From Hormiphora californensis (Eukaryota > Animalia > Ctenophora), in contig CM035353.1 in the NCBI GenBank assembly GCA_020137815.1, forward strand, positions 8,618,001 through 8,682,000: 64,000 bases of DNA, in the 5' to 3' direction. Below, in pieces: positions 31,346 through 44,687 of this stretch. A program made the translations under genes and the position numbers. The notes beneath the pieces were generated by a model, which was not told the DNA's origin, ran no database searches, and worked only from the letters and a program-made list of their open reading frames with translations. The stretch's first letter is position 1. Every line of letters starts with the position of its first letter.

Positions 31346-34044
31346 TCCTGTCCAGTCTCCGTAAACCGTCGTTGGTCGCTCCTGGACCTGCCTGTCCTCC
31401 TCTGGTCACATTCCTTCCTTCCTGGATCTTCCTGATCCGTCCTTCCTTCCTATCGACTTCCTTCACGTTACCTTGCACCCTATGACCTTCCTTCACCCTC
31501 TGTCCTGTTTAACCTTTCGTTCACTCCTGAACGCTTGACCCTTAATCAATCCTAATTCACGGCTTCTTTAGGCTTTTCACAGACCAAAACATCGAGGCTC
31601 CGCCCTGATGACTACTATACCCCTGTAACATGCAATATCACCAATATGCTAGGACTATTCACAAATGATCCGCCATGGCCTGCGTTGGGAATGCTTCAGC
31701 AAGTCCTGTGCCTACCTGCATAGTATCAATGAACTTACATCACCCACTCAATGTGTACCTGTAGAAGCCTGCACTGCGAAATTCGGCTCCCTAGGCTCGA
31801 ACAATAAGTCGTTCGAGCGCACACTCCGTGCGTTACTCAAGAACTTTCAGGCTCTACGCTGCCAGTTGACTTGGCTCACCTCGTTGCCTGTGGAAGCCTT
31901 GCCTTGACATATCGCGTCACCAAATCACCCCTTCTCCTACCGCAATTGTGGATTACACTTCCAGAATCAGACATTCCGACATTCAACTTCCACCTGGAAC
32001 CTGCCACGACCGGCTCTTGCAGAAACTAGCGGTACCCCTACCTAGCTGACTGCGGGGGATCGTCTTCGTGCCGTGAGTTCTTCGACTCAGTCCCGTTGCC
32101 GTGGACCTGGTTGGCTGATGGTCCAGTGATTACGGTCAAATCACCCGGCTATCTCCCCAATCTTGGGGAGTAAACTTTGCCAGAGACCTTGCCGAACTCA
32201 ACTATGGCACCGAGCTCTTGCAGTGCGGCTGGTCCCTGCTGGGATTTGGTTCGGCGGGTCGATTGATGAGCGGTTGGTTGACGATTGATATCAGTCGTTG
32301 ATCGATCGTTTGTCGGTCGGTCGTCGGACTGAGTTTTAGTGGGGATCTCAGTTGAACTGATAATCTCACCCCAGCCAGTAACCTTGTTACACATGGCAAC
32401 CCATGATTTGTAATCACCGAGGGCCTCCGCCTAGTAGGCAATGTCTACTAGGCATGCCTGATGACCCGTCGGCTGTCTCCCATTTAATTATGGGGGTAAA
32501 TTCTACGCCAGAGAACTAGCCTCCCTCAATTATGGCAACCCATGATTTGTAATCACCCGGCAGCTGTAGCCTTTAAAACAGCCCTCCTGTCCAACATCCC
32601 ATATTGGTCGGACGGAGGTTACCTTCTCGTCTTACAACTTATCGTTTTGCATCGAATTTCGTCTTCTTGTTTTTAACAGTACCACAGCAAATGGCTACCT
32701 TGTAGCTTTTATGCAAAACAGCGAAAAAATGGAGATTGACAAAAACTGGTACGATGAATGGACACAAAAAGTGAAGAGGCTACCAGTCACCATGAACAAC
32801 GTTCTGGGGAGAGAATGGGAGGCCGACCAGAAGAACGGATGGAAGGACGCCACTTGGCAGATAATGCGAGGTGAAAACTGGGATGCTTTGATTGAACTAA
32901 TGGAAAATACGGTTAAAATGTACAAACTGCTGAACGTTGCCGATGATATCTTCGCCAAGTCCACTACAAATGAATCTGTCGAGCAAACAGCTGTGGACAG
33001 ACTAAGTGCAGACAAGGAGACCGCAGATTGCGAGGAAACGTTGGCGGATATGGAATCGGTCGGTAATGCATCTGAGTCACTATCCTGGATGCTTGATCGC
33101 AAATTGGAATCAGATGATTATGCATCTGGCCCTGGGTCAATATCAATGTCTAGTGAAATTGCTTCCTATAAAGAGGAAAAAACGGGACCCACTGACAAGC
33201 GGCAGAATGTTATCGTGTTTTTACCTGCAGACATGGATGGCTCTATTCAGGATGAGGCGATTGAAAAAGCTTTTGCATACCTTGGGTGTGAACAATTTAG
33301 TATAATGAACACGGAAATGGTCAGGGACAGAGGTGAGGACTGCAACGGGAAAATTGTACTTAGAGTACAAATGAACACAGTAAAACAAGCATCAAAAGCC
33401 CTTGCTAATGCGTACAAACTGAAGAACTACCCTGTGCCTGGAATCTACATTGCCAAGGATATGACATACCATCAACGGCTAAAGATGCGAGAACTTGTGA
33501 AGACTCTACGGTACAGGATAGAAATGCTACCAAAGTACCGATGGAAAATTGTTGATTGGGAAGTGGTTAACGTTGGTCGTTTCGGATGTATTAAGAACTT
33601 CAAAGTTGAAACCTTATCTGGAACTGACGGAGAGGCTGAACCACCCCCAAGCGGGTCTAGTGAGAGGAAGTTCAGTTTTCCTATGACCCAAGGGAAGAGG
33701 GACGATAACCCTGACGAAGAGGAAAAAGAAGATGATCAGAAAGAAGAGGAGGTACCGAAATTGAAACTTGACGAGGTATGCTCTTTTTATCTGAGAAGGA
33801 AGTGCCGACACGGAAGGTCAGGTACTAAAAAATGGAAGGGAGAAACATGCTCCAAAAAGCACCCGGAAATCTGCCGGAAATACTCGAACTACGGAACTAC
33901 CAGGCGTGAAGGGTGCAACCGAGGGGCAGATTGTAGGTTCTTTCATCCCCCACTATGCCGATCCTCAGAGTTGAAGAGGAAATGGCGAAATGCTACAAGA
34001 CCGACTGCCAGCACCAGCACTGGATCTACGCTACTCCTTGTTAA

Positions 34045-34494
34045 AGGTTGACAAGATACCTAAAACTTTTCGTATATCGTCTTATTTTGATTTATCATTA
34101 ATTTTCAGCATTTTTTCAGAATTTTTTGTCGGCTAGAAAAAAATCCGAAATAGGGGGTCTACCGATATTGTCAGCACTGGTTTTACTGGGCACACTCACT
34201 GCGTCTCGCAAATTAAAATTCACGTTTCCGGTTCCTCAAAAGATAAAGACTTGATCTTGGTTGCGTTGGATTGGTCTCAATAAGACCTTTCCAACGCTAC
34301 CAAAACGGTTTCTGTATCTTATCAGGAACCGGAGATATTACGTTATCAATTTTAAAAAAGGCACACTCATTTGTCAGTAGACCCCCTATTTTGCACATAT
34401 TTCTAGCCGACAAAAAATTCTGAAAAAATGCTGAAAATTAATGATAAATCAAAATAAGACGATATACGAAAAGTTTTAGGTATCTTGTCAACCT
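34045..34494. mobile_element. TTAA-flanked MITE with ~95-bp TIRs (Kolobok-like AGG..CCT ends)
   Basis: TTAA at 34041-34044 and 34495-34498; removing it restores LLLVNGRSLNP of the LINE endonuclease. Confidence 0.9.
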
Positions 34495-34762
34495 TTAACG
34501 GCAGGAGCCTGAATCCAGCAGCCACTAGTAAAACTAAGTGGAAAATGCGGTATCTTGCTGATCAAGTGAAATGTTCCCACCTTCCTGTAATGGCCATTGG
34601 ACTAACCGAAACATGGTGAGACGGAAGAGTGGAAGATGCACAAGTTACCATACCGAGCTACAATCTATGGAGGTCCGACAGGGAGTTTAGAACAGGAGGT
34701 GGAAGCGCATTGTTCACCCATAGCTCTCTAATAGTCACAGATAAAACCTCTTATTCTGATTA

Positions 34763-35355
34763 CTAGTAGGCCCGTTCGCCCTACGGGCGAATTTCGGGGA
34801 AATGGTAGCTGGATTAGGGAACGCTGAAATCACCTGCACCATCCGTTCCTAGCCTATCTCTCACTTTCTCCCTACCCATGTTGCTGTACGCTCTGGGCTT
34901 CCTGACAATGTCTAGGTGCGAATTTAAGAGATCAATGTCAGGGAGGTGCAGTGCTGTTCCAGAAACTCATCACGTGAAAACTTGGCCGCTATGTAGCCGA
35001 TTCGGAGATTTCTATATTCGACTGGAGTAATCACCCTTGGGCGACGTTGGGTAAAGCTATCAGTAGTCGTTGATTGGCTCGCTTGAACACGTTGGTGAAA
35101 TCTGTCATATTCTCTAGCCTGCTCCCTGACAGCAGCAGTTCTCCTGGACCTAGATAAACGTTGCCGAATAGCGCTTGGGGTGGAAGAGCTAGGCATCAGG
35201 ACAGGAGTAAAAGAATGCACGTGCAGAATTGAATTTCCCCTTGGTCCCCAACTGCAACCGGGAGAGAGGTCTCCAGGTCCCTCTAATAATTGCACGTGCA
35301 AGTGTAGTTGCTAGGTGATCTCTGTCACACAATTTGCTTAGTAAGTAGTATATGA
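34763..35355 (-). mobile_element. Non-autonomous Helitron
   Basis: On minus strand 5'-TC ... hairpin tcgcccgtagggcga ... CTAG-3', inserted between A and T with no TSD; removing it restores LINE peptide SYSDYYNMVAVYIGKSHTVIASIYR. Confidence 0.8.
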
Positions 35356-36116
35356 TTATAACATGGTGGCTGTATACATTGGAAAAAGCCACACGGTCAT
35401 TGCATCAATCTACCGAACGGGGGAAATGGGAATACCAACCGCTATTAGCAAAGCTCCAGCTGTTCATTGATCACCATTCTGAGACTGGCACCGTTCCTGA
35501 TCTATTTGTTATGGGTGACCTGAATCTTCCGAATTTTGAGTGGGACAACCACAGCTCCGAGGGAAAACACATGGATGTGACGACAGAGGCAACCGATAAC
35601 TTCACCCAGGAAAATTTCCTAACGCAAGTTGTGAACGAGGCAACCAGGTCTTCGAGTTTGCTAGATGTAATATTGACCAACAGACCCGATTATTTTGTCA
35701 AAACTGAAGTAGAAGAGTCCAATGCTATCTCAGATCACCGGACCGTTGTAGGAACACTAGGGTATAAGATTCAAAGATTCAAAGATTCAAATTAAAAAGT
35801 ACTTAACAAAAATATTATTGTCATATAACTATAGGTAAAAAGGTGGGAGTAGGAGGGGTAGAGAGAGGGTACAGAGGGGCCCAGTGTCAAAGTTCGGGTA
35901 TCCAGGGATCCTGGCTGCTAGTCAATTTTATCGCCAAGATATCTAGTCAATTTTCTAAAATGGGAAAATTATAGTGAGACTATGGTATATTTACTGTTGT
36001 AGCACATAAATAAATAGGGATGACAAACTTCAAATCACCATCTATGTATTTTCTCTAATTTACAAAACATCGTTTTTCTCTGATTTTCACCAATCACCAT
36101 CTCCATTCTTACATTT

Positions 36117-36190
36117 TCCACCAGCGGTGTAGTGGTTACACCATGGACTCTCACCCCGATCGTCTGGGTTCGAATCCGGATGGGGTGATT
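36117..36190 (+). pseudogene. tRNA-like sequence (Glu-CTC-like, degenerate)
   Basis: A-box tgtagtggtta, loop ctctcac, B-box ggttcgaatcc, downstream T-run; stems poorly paired. Confidence 0.55.
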
Positions 36191-36485
36191 TGGCTTACTT
36201 TTTCTTTCATGATTTTTCTCTCTCTATATTCATTCTAGTCACTAGTGTGTTGTAACATGACACTGATATCATCACAATATCATAGAAGAACGCTCGTCAC
36301 TGCATATATGTGTGAGATCTCTCTCATTGATGCCAGGATCTCTAGTCGGTAGAGAGGGAGCCTAGGAGGTATCCTGTGCTAGTCATGGATCCCGCCGCGC
36401 ATGATAAGCTAATTGCTGAAAAGTCATGCTTTGTAGACTAGAGATCCAAACATTTTATAGAGCGCTGAATAGTGAAACTGGCACA

Positions 36486-36556
36486 AAGGTTGGTGGTCGA
36501 GTGGTACAATTCTCGCCTGTCAAGCGGGCGACCCGGGTTCGATCCCCAGGATTGAC
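36486..36556 (+). pseudogene. tRNA-Asp(GTC)-like sequence, degenerate acceptor stem
   Basis: ggtcgagtgg A-box; anticodon arm ctcgc-ctgtcaa-gcggg; T-arm ccgggttcgatcccc; T8 run at 36571. Confidence 0.65.
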
Positions 36557-38433
36557 AAACATCCAAGACATTTTTTTTAAATTTAAAAAAAATGTAACCC
36601 TTTGTTATTATACAATAATCTAGTTATTTAATCAATTTGTTGAACCTTAATTATTAAAAGAGAAAAATTTGTTTCCTTCCTAGTCAAATTTTGTAAAAAA
36701 AATCAGGATCCTAGTCGGATTGAAATACTTTGACACTGGGCAGAGGGGTAAGTGATGGGTTGAGAGGAATGGTATGATGGGCGGTGGTAGTGCGTGTATT
36801 ATGGGTTGATGATGGTGTGAATCAGGTGAGAGAGATGATGATTGATATGTGAGGGAAAGATATGACCACGGAGGGAGGTTCTGTCTTGATCTGTTAGGTG
36901 GACTCGAGCTGATTTGGGCAGGTCGGAAGAATCTCGACACCGAAATATATATGTATTTCAAATACATATGTATTTCAAATACACATGTCTATTTCAACTG
37001 AAATATACATGTATTTCAAATATATATGTATTTCAAATGCTAATGAGGGGGATGCGATGGACATGTGATACGATTCTGGAACGCCTTATTAGCAGTGGGA
37101 GACAATACAGGATATGAACCATGTGATTCGGGGAAGCTTATTAGCAGTAGGAGACGATACGAGATATGGAACATGATTCGAGGAAGCCAATCGAGAGTGT
37201 TAGACGATATGAGACACGATTCGGGGAAGGTTTCTATCGCTTTCCATCTTTATGACCCTATCCACATCTCTGTGTCTCTCTTTCTTTCTCTTTCTTTCTC
37301 TATCTCCCTCTTTCTCTCTCACTTTCTCGAAGGGAGAAAGAGAAACATGGAGAAAGAGAGATACCCGTAACTTTTTACCGAATGATATGAGAAAAGACCG
37401 GTGAAGCAAAACGTCTAGCAGGGTGGATTCTTGGGGTGTTCACTGTTCAGAGACCGCTTCGAGAAGACTATGGTAACTCTCCTCAAGTCACTGCTAAGAC
37501 CCAAACTTGAATACTGTTCTCCCTTATGGTCTCCAACCAAGATCGGAGATGTTATCAAGATCGAAACTATACAGAGATTCTTTACCAGGAGAATTACGGA
37601 ATGTCAAGGCCTTAACTACTGGGAAAGGCTGACACAGCTGGGAATTTTATCTCTTCAACGGAGACGCGAGATCAGATACATGATAATCCAGAAATATTTT
37701 ACCAATCAAGACACTTGTACAGCTGGAGAAGACGGAAATGTATTTGGGTTTTGGTTTATTCAATTCCCTTGAGCACGCTGGTAAATCAGCGTTCGACTTT
37801 AACATATCTAATTAACTTGAAAGCGTATGGTTGTCTATCTGCTACGAAATAGGTTTGGTAGAGACGTTTTTGAAAATTTTGCATTGAGCTCCTTCAAATT
37901 GAAAGCTTGACTACAGCTCAGGACATCAAAATCAGCGCTACAATGGCGAAGAAATTACACAGAAAGCTTCAAAACACGCCTTTTTTAAACACAGCCTCAG
38001 AGATTTAGCCCTGACTTTATTGACCGTTTAATCATTGGAAAGTCCTCGATACTCTCTTCCCAACGAGCCTAAGATTGTGCGATGTGGACAAGAAATGACA
38101 GAGTTATTGCCAAAAAAGTCAAAATTTGACCATAAAAGGGATTTTACTCCACCGTTATCCAACTTATTTTCGTCCGCAAGCATGCCGTAAGTCAAACAAA
38201 AAAGATTTTGAAACTTTTGGAGACAAAATTTTTTCAACTTTTTTGGCAGTTTTACTCGAAATTCAAAACAGGGTGCGCGTCGCAATGCCAAAATGCGCGT
38301 CGCATGCGCGTCGCATTGTGCGCGTCTCAACACAGTGTCTCGCCTCCATAGCCGATTTGAGTAAACTAAACGGTATCTGATAGAGAATCGATAGCCCTAA
38401 CCCATAACCCCAAACAAAACCCTAACCCGACCC

Positions 38434-38556
38434 TAAAGTGCGTTTCAAACGACTTGACCTGAGATTCCTGGAAATTCAGGATTTCCCCTTTGTAAATACA
38501 CGCGCAATGCGCCAAATTCCAAGAATTACGGGTCAAGTCGCTTGAAACGGACTTTA
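38434..38556. mobile_element. MITE family A copy (reverse), inserted in a ccctaa-rich repeat also seen at 23300-23460
   Basis: Host repeat halves 38350-38433 and 38557-38635 match 23300-23460. Confidence 0.85.
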
Positions 38557-38689
38557 ACAACAGCCCTAACCCGTCTCGACCGCCAAAATCGATGAATTGT
38601 TAGCAATGGAAGGCACCCAGATTTTAACGTTTTCCACGAGGCCGGCACACGGTACTCCTGGATATTATCCGTGTGCCAATACAACACTA

Positions 38690-39742
38690 CTGGTACACCC
38701 GTACAGTCGTGTTCCTCTCGTTTTCTCACTTTGTCTGGACCCAGGCTACAGAACCACTGAAACAACTCATTCTTGAACAATCTCTTCTTATCAGTGAAAA
38801 ACGTGCTGAGTCATGCCTTTGGGAAGCTAAAGGAGCCAAGGGGAATGTACTAAAACTAAAACGAACTATTCAAAATGCCGAAAAACAACAGGCGTGTTCA
38901 CTTCTGTCTGGTACTGACAGGCGTCTATTCGACGAAATATCATCTAGGGGAGCTTCAAGCTGGTTAACAGTTCTGCCTTTGAAAGAGCACGGTTTCGTCC
39001 TCAACAAACAGCAATACCGGGACGCCATCTTGCTGCGATACAACCTTCCCCTCGATGTGCCTATTGCATGTGCTTGTGGCAAGGCGAACACTCTTGAGCT
39101 GTGAGCACTGTCTCTCGTGTGCCCTCGGAGGATACGTGTATTTAAGGCACAACAATATCCGTGACCTTACAGCTAACATCCTCGTGGAAGCCGGCTGCAA
39201 AGACGTCCGCATTGAGCCACAGCTCCTACCCATAACTGGTGAAACATTCCAATACCGTTCTACTAACACTGCTAACAGTGCCCGTTTGGATGTTTCTGCC
39301 CGTAATGTGTGGAGTGACTTGGACGAATCACGAAGTCTACACTGACATCCGTGTATTCAACAGTCTTGTACCAACCAACATCGGCAAGTCCCTCCAGGAC
39401 ACTGTAAGGAGACACGAGAGGGAAAAGGTACTAAATTACAACGACAGAGTCCTTCAGGTCGAGAAGGCAACTTTCACACCTCTAAAGTCTTTTCAACAAC
39501 TGGGGTTATGGGCCTCCAAGCGGAGGTGTCCTTAGTTCTACAAGAAGGTCGCTAAACTTCTATCTGACAAAACGGGCCACACCTACAACGATGCCATCCG
39601 GTACATTCGGCTTCGGCTGTCGTTCTCGTTGTTGAAGACCATCTTAATCGCCATCAGGGGGTACAGGGGCAATAAATGGACACACGTTTGTAGTAAAACA
39701 AACGATTTTCATCTTATTTGATATGTATGTATTTAACTTATT
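38690..39742 (+). mobile_element. RLE-type non-LTR retrotransposon 3' part (CRE-like), frameshifted
   Basis: GASSWL..LPL, LNKQQYRDAILLRY, CACGK..HCLSC..GG...RHNNIRD zinc knuckle, RLDVSAR, HEREK, TFTPL. Confidence 0.8.
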
Positions 39743-39765
39743 ATGACGACAGAAGAGTAAATTTT

Positions 39766-39975
39766 ATTTTTATAACGCTTTCTGTATAAATTATTGTATT
39801 GACATGTTCTATTTGAACCGGTACCCCGGCTTTCGCAAAAAAAAACCTTGAAAAGAAGCACCCACCCGCTGCACCCACTACCAGTAAACATGTTTTTTTG
39901 CGAAAGCCGGGGTACCGGTTCAAATAGAACATGTTACATGTCAATAAAATAATTTATACAGAAAGCATTATAAAA
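39766..39975. mobile_element. Palindromic MITE
   Basis: acatgttctatttgaaccggtaccccggctttcgcaaaa and its reverse complement, with AT-rich outer inverted arms; related motif near 21160-21200. Confidence 0.75.
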
Positions 39976-40526
39976 ATAATCTTCAAAAATCTTCAAAATA
40001 GTTTGACCAGTCATGTCGAGACATCCACATTATAAACAAACGCTTCAGCCTCTCTGAACTCATTCGGCTTTGCAACTAGAAGTCCGTGCCCCGGCTCAGG
40101 GCATAGTCCAACATGGAGTTTCCATGAACACACGAGTACCCCCTGGTTGGTGGTCTATCAGCAATACCCCTGAGGTACCCTCCCAGTACAACAATGGATA
40201 GAACCATTATCTGCGTTCATTGGCAATGGGAGACTCCGATGGTTTGGGCACATAATTAGAATGCCTGAGGATAGGGTTCCCAACAGACTTTATCATTAAG
40301 TCCCTAGTAATGAAAAACGATCCAGAGGTAGACCATGAAAAACTTGGTCCTTCTGTGTGTTAAATGATTATCGAGACGCTACAGGAAAATCCCAGTCTAT
40401 CCGTACAATTACTACGACTGCAATGAACCGTAACGAATGGCGACAGCTTACGACTCGAATGATTGAGGAGACCGTTCCAAGTATCAAGTAAGTATTATAA
40501 AAATAAAATTTACTCTTCTGTCGGTC

Positions 40527-41611
40527 ACAATAAGTTAAATAAATACATATCAAATAAGATGAAAAACGTTTGTTTTAATACAAAAATGTGTCCATTTATT
40601 GCCGCTGTATCCCCTGATGGCGATTAAGATGGTCTTCAACAACGAGAAAGACAGACGAAGCTGAATGTACCGGATGGCATCGTTGTAAGTGTGACCCGTT
40701 TTGTCAGATAGAAGTTCAGTTCAGTTCAGTTCAGTTCAGTTCAAGAATTTGTGAAACACAGGATACATAAAAATAATAAGCCTCCTAAAGTTTAGCGACC
40801 TTCTTGTAGGACACCTCCGCTTGGGGGCCCATAACCCCAGTTGTTGAAAAGACTTTGTTTTGTTCGAACAAGGCAAAAAAGACTAAAGGTGTGAAAGTTG
40901 TCTTCTCGACCTGAAGGACTCTGTCGTTATAATTTAGTACCTTTTCCCTCTCGTGTCTCCTTACAGTGTCCTGGAGAGACTTGCCGATGTTGGTTGGTAC
41001 AAGACTGTTGAATACACGGATGTCAGTGTAGACTTCGTGATTCGTCCAAGTCACTCCACACATTACGGGCAGAAACATCCAAACGGGCACTGTTAGCAGT
41101 GTTAGTAGAACGGTATTGGAATGTTTCACCAGTTAAAGTCCATTTTTTTCAACTGTTCACCCAAAAAGTGAAATTTAGAAATTTTGTGGCGCGTGCTACA
41201 CGTTAACATGTGATAAACGCACAAAACAATTCCGTGCACGACTTTGGGGGGTGAACAGTTGAAAAAAATGGAGTTTATGGGTAGGAGCTGTGGCTCAATG
41301 CGGACGTCTTTGCAGCCGGCTTCCACGAGGATGTTTGCTGTAAGGTCACGGATATTGTTGTGCCTTAAATACACGTATCCTCCGAGGGCACACGAGAGAC
41401 AGTGCTCGAGAGTGTTCGCCTTGCCACAAGCACATGCAATAGGCACATCTTCGAGGGGAAGGTTGTATCGCAGCAAGATGGCGTCCCGGTATTGCTGTTT
41501 GTTGAGGACGAAACCGTGCTCTTTCAAAGGCAGAGCTGTTAACCAGCTTGAAGCTCCCCTAGATGATATTTCGTCGAATAGACGCCTGTCAGTACCGGAC
41601 AGAAGTGAACA
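40527..41611 (-). mobile_element. Second, inverted copy of the CRE-like element, with two younger insertions
   Basis: Near-identical reverse complement of 38895-39742; inserts at ~40716-40790 and 41134-41278. Confidence 0.85.
41134..41278. mobile_element. MITE family B copy with TA duplication shown by the empty site
   Basis: Empty paralogous site in the first CRE copy reads ccagtTAtgggtag. Confidence 0.9.
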
Positions 41612-42050
41612 GTAAACATGTACACGTCTTATGACTGCTTGGAGACAAAATTTAACAAACATTTTTGAGGGGATCATGTGTCATCAACAACTGGGTAACA
41701 TTGTTTGAAAATTAGAGCTTGATTGAAATAGTCTAAGGTTTATTTTTATACCAGGATTTTTTCCCTATGTCAATCACCCAGAAATGGCCCAGAAAATTGA
41801 GGAAATTTATATCACCGAGCGCTCAATAAAGCACTTTTACTAAGGCAGCTCCTCTCGGATCTTGACACAAACCGGATGGTTCTGAGATCGAACTAAATCG
41901 TGTGGGACCTGTTGTGTTCAATTGGCAAATGTTCTATCTTGAGACCATCAATTTGCTACATGGAGTGATACTAGATAACACATCAGCTAATTTGATGGTT
42001 AATTCAAGTCATGTTCATGTTCTAATTTTATAACCACTCGATAGGTTGAA

Positions 42051-42974
42051 ATGTACCCGAGGAACTCCAGGACCTGCCTCTCAATAAATACCACACACAA
42101 CATTACATCCAACAACAATGTTGTTACTGAACCCTACCCTACACAAGGTATTGCTTTTAACTGGGAGAGCTAGAGGGGGTGTTGTGGGCACCATTCTCAT
42201 CAACTCTTCCCCCAATCAGATACCCACACAGTAGGTCCGCGGTACAACTTTCCCAAGATGAATAAGGACCATTGTTACAAGTATCCCACCAAATATAACC
42301 TGCACCATTCATCACAGGGTAAGTTTACAAGACATCCAGATGAGCTATAAATAGAAAAGAAGGACCGCTTTTGGGTAACCTCCCTGTTTCTATGCATTCA
42401 GGGATGAACTAAATGCTTTGCCCAACTCTACCCCACACGAGGTGTAGAGGTCTACTGCAGGGACACAGCCCCAATACCTGCTTCTACAAGGTTGGCACAC
42501 CAAATGAGCTAAACCAACAACTCTCAGGTCGTATGAGGGGTGGTGTTGACCAGGATGACAGTCTAACCAATATGGAGTGGTTGCCAGATGTTTCCATCCC
42601 GTACATGCAGGAGGTTCGCTGTAGAATCACGGAGGATGACGTGAAACAAAATAGGAAACAGAGTCGCTCACTTCTTGAAGGTGTGTAAATTACTAGATAG
42701 AAAATCTAAGAGAGACACCAATCCTGAATCCATCTCTTTGGGTATAACACTGTAAATAATATTTTGAGACCAATGCTGTACTGCTGAGTACACTTCATAG
42801 TTACTTAGTAGTGGTAGTAGTATGATTTGTGATTTTCTGTTGTTTCTAACACCTTGACTGTCGCACTTAATCCCTTCCTCCTCCTCCTCCCCCCCTCCTG
42901 TCACTCACTCCTCTTTTTTTATTCCCTCCTCTCTCAGTCTCTCTCTCCTCTCTCCTCCTCTCTCTCTCTCTCTC

Positions 42975-43008
<34 letters not shown>

Positions 43009-43375
43009 CTGTCTCACTCTCCTCTCTCTTCTCCATCCTCTCTCTCTCCGCTCTCTCTCCTCTCTTCCCCCTCCTCGTCTCTCCCTCATCTCTCTCTCAT
43101 CTCTTCCCGTCTCTCCTCCTCTCTCGAGTCTCACATCTCTCTCATCTCCTCTACTCTCTCTCTTCTCTCTCTACCATCTCTCTCGGCTCTCTCCCTCGTC
43201 TTTTCTCGTCTCTCTCTTCTCCTCTCTTCTCTCTCTCTCTTCTCGCTCTTTCTCTCTCTCTATCTCTTTCCTCCCTCTTTCTTTCTCTCGTCTCTCTCTC
43301 TCTCTCCTCTCTCTCTCCTCTTCTCTCTCTCGTTCTCCTCTCTTTCTTCTTCTCTCTCCTCCTCTCTCTCTCATC

Positions 43376-43409
<34 letters not shown>

Positions 43410-43484
43410 GTCTCTCTCTCTCCTCTCTCTCCTCTCTCTCTCTCTCTCTCTCCTCTCTCTCGTCTCATCCGTCTCGCTCTCTCT

Positions 43485-43515
<31 letters not shown>

Positions 43516-44096
43516 CTCCCTCTTTCTCTCAGCCCTCTTTCTGTGTATTATTTAGCGGAAGTGCCGATTTGTTGAGTACCGTGCCCTGAGGGCCCCGAGA
43601 AAAGATCCAACGGGTGCAGCAGTCGCGTGGTTGATTCTCGTGTCAATAATCCATTTCTACAGATCAGGAAGTTGACTCTATATACAAGAAACCAGAGTTA
43701 ACATTTGCCATGCTGATCTACAAAGCCATCAGTAGCAGTGAAGAGAAGAGACTGCAAGTGTTTCAGATATATGAGTGGATAGAAAACAACTACCTGTTTT
43801 ATAAACACACCCCTCAGAAATACTGGAAGGTAGGTGTTATTTAGCAACTATTAGCTGTCTGTGTGATCAGTATCATGGTGCCACCATGATGGTGATGTTG
43901 GTCACACAACGTGATCCGGTGGTGGTGTTGAATGGGGTGTTAGCTCGTTCTTCCTGAGGTAGCAATTATACCATAACGGGCAGGGGTGATTAGCTATTAG
44001 AGATGGTGAGCTATTATACAGGAGATCTGCCCTCAATGCCTACTCACTGAAACCCTCCGGGCGGTATTAGCCGGTACACACCTGAACACATGCACA

Positions 44097-44178
<82 letters not shown>

Positions 44179-44614
44179 GGGCCCAGAGAGAGGAATTATT
44201 GTTTATTATTACTCTTTCTTGTATTTATGCCTACCAATAATATACATGGGCTAACAAGTAACGGCTAAACCACAGTATCTAATTGATTGAATGGCACTGT
44301 CCAATCTTCTGGCGTTGTATAACCGTTGCTTGTAGCTATAGAAACTGTTTTGCATGAGAATTAGGGGGGCCCCCCTATCCCATCTTTCTCTCTTCCTCTC
44401 TCTCTCCCTTCTTTCTCTCTATCTCTCTCTCTCTTCTCTCTCATCTCTGCATGACAGCACTGGGGAGGGGGCCTGCTATTTTGGGTGCAGTAGCTCAGCC
44501 AATACAAGCTAGTACAAACTAAAAGCATGCGATCACTTAGTTAAAGGAGAGAGGAGAGATCGATGAGAGAGGAGAGGAGAGGAGAAGATGAGAGAGAGAG
44601 AGAGGGAGAGAGAG

Positions 44615-44687
<73 letters not shown>

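Larger units (their letters stand above)
35880..36740. mobile_element. DNA transposon with 8-bp TSD carrying two tRNA-like units
   Basis: TIR cccagtgtcaaagt/actttgacactggg; CAGAGGGG duplicated at 35872-35879 and 36741-36748; repeated ggatc..ctagtc internal motifs. Confidence 0.85.
32711..37690 (+). mobile_element. Fragmented CR1-group LINE (ORF1 with RRM-like region and CCCH fingers; APE endonuclease; RT C-terminus) broken by nested insertions
   Basis: ORF1 CSFYLRRKCRHG, CNRGADCRFFHP; endonuclease GLTETW*, RSDREFRTGGGS, MGDLNLP, LDVILT, SDH; C-terminal RPKLEYCSPLWSP..YWERL at 37430-37680; RT core absent. Confidence 0.85.

Noticed and set aside
30817-31496. 200-aa PSFL/EGRK ORFs
   Set aside because: Translations of a tetranucleotide microsatellite
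31600-32560. Possible coding or LTR/DIRS fragment with short direct repeats (atggcaacccatgatttgtaatcacc)
   Set aside because: No recognisable protein motif or termini; cannot be classified by eye
36117-36556. Functional tRNA-Glu and tRNA-Asp genes
   Set aside because: Acceptor stems do not pair convincingly; called tRNA-like only
38690-41611. Spliced-leader RNA gene as target of the CRE-like elements
   Set aside because: No SL-like exon plus GT donor plus Sm site recognised in the flanks
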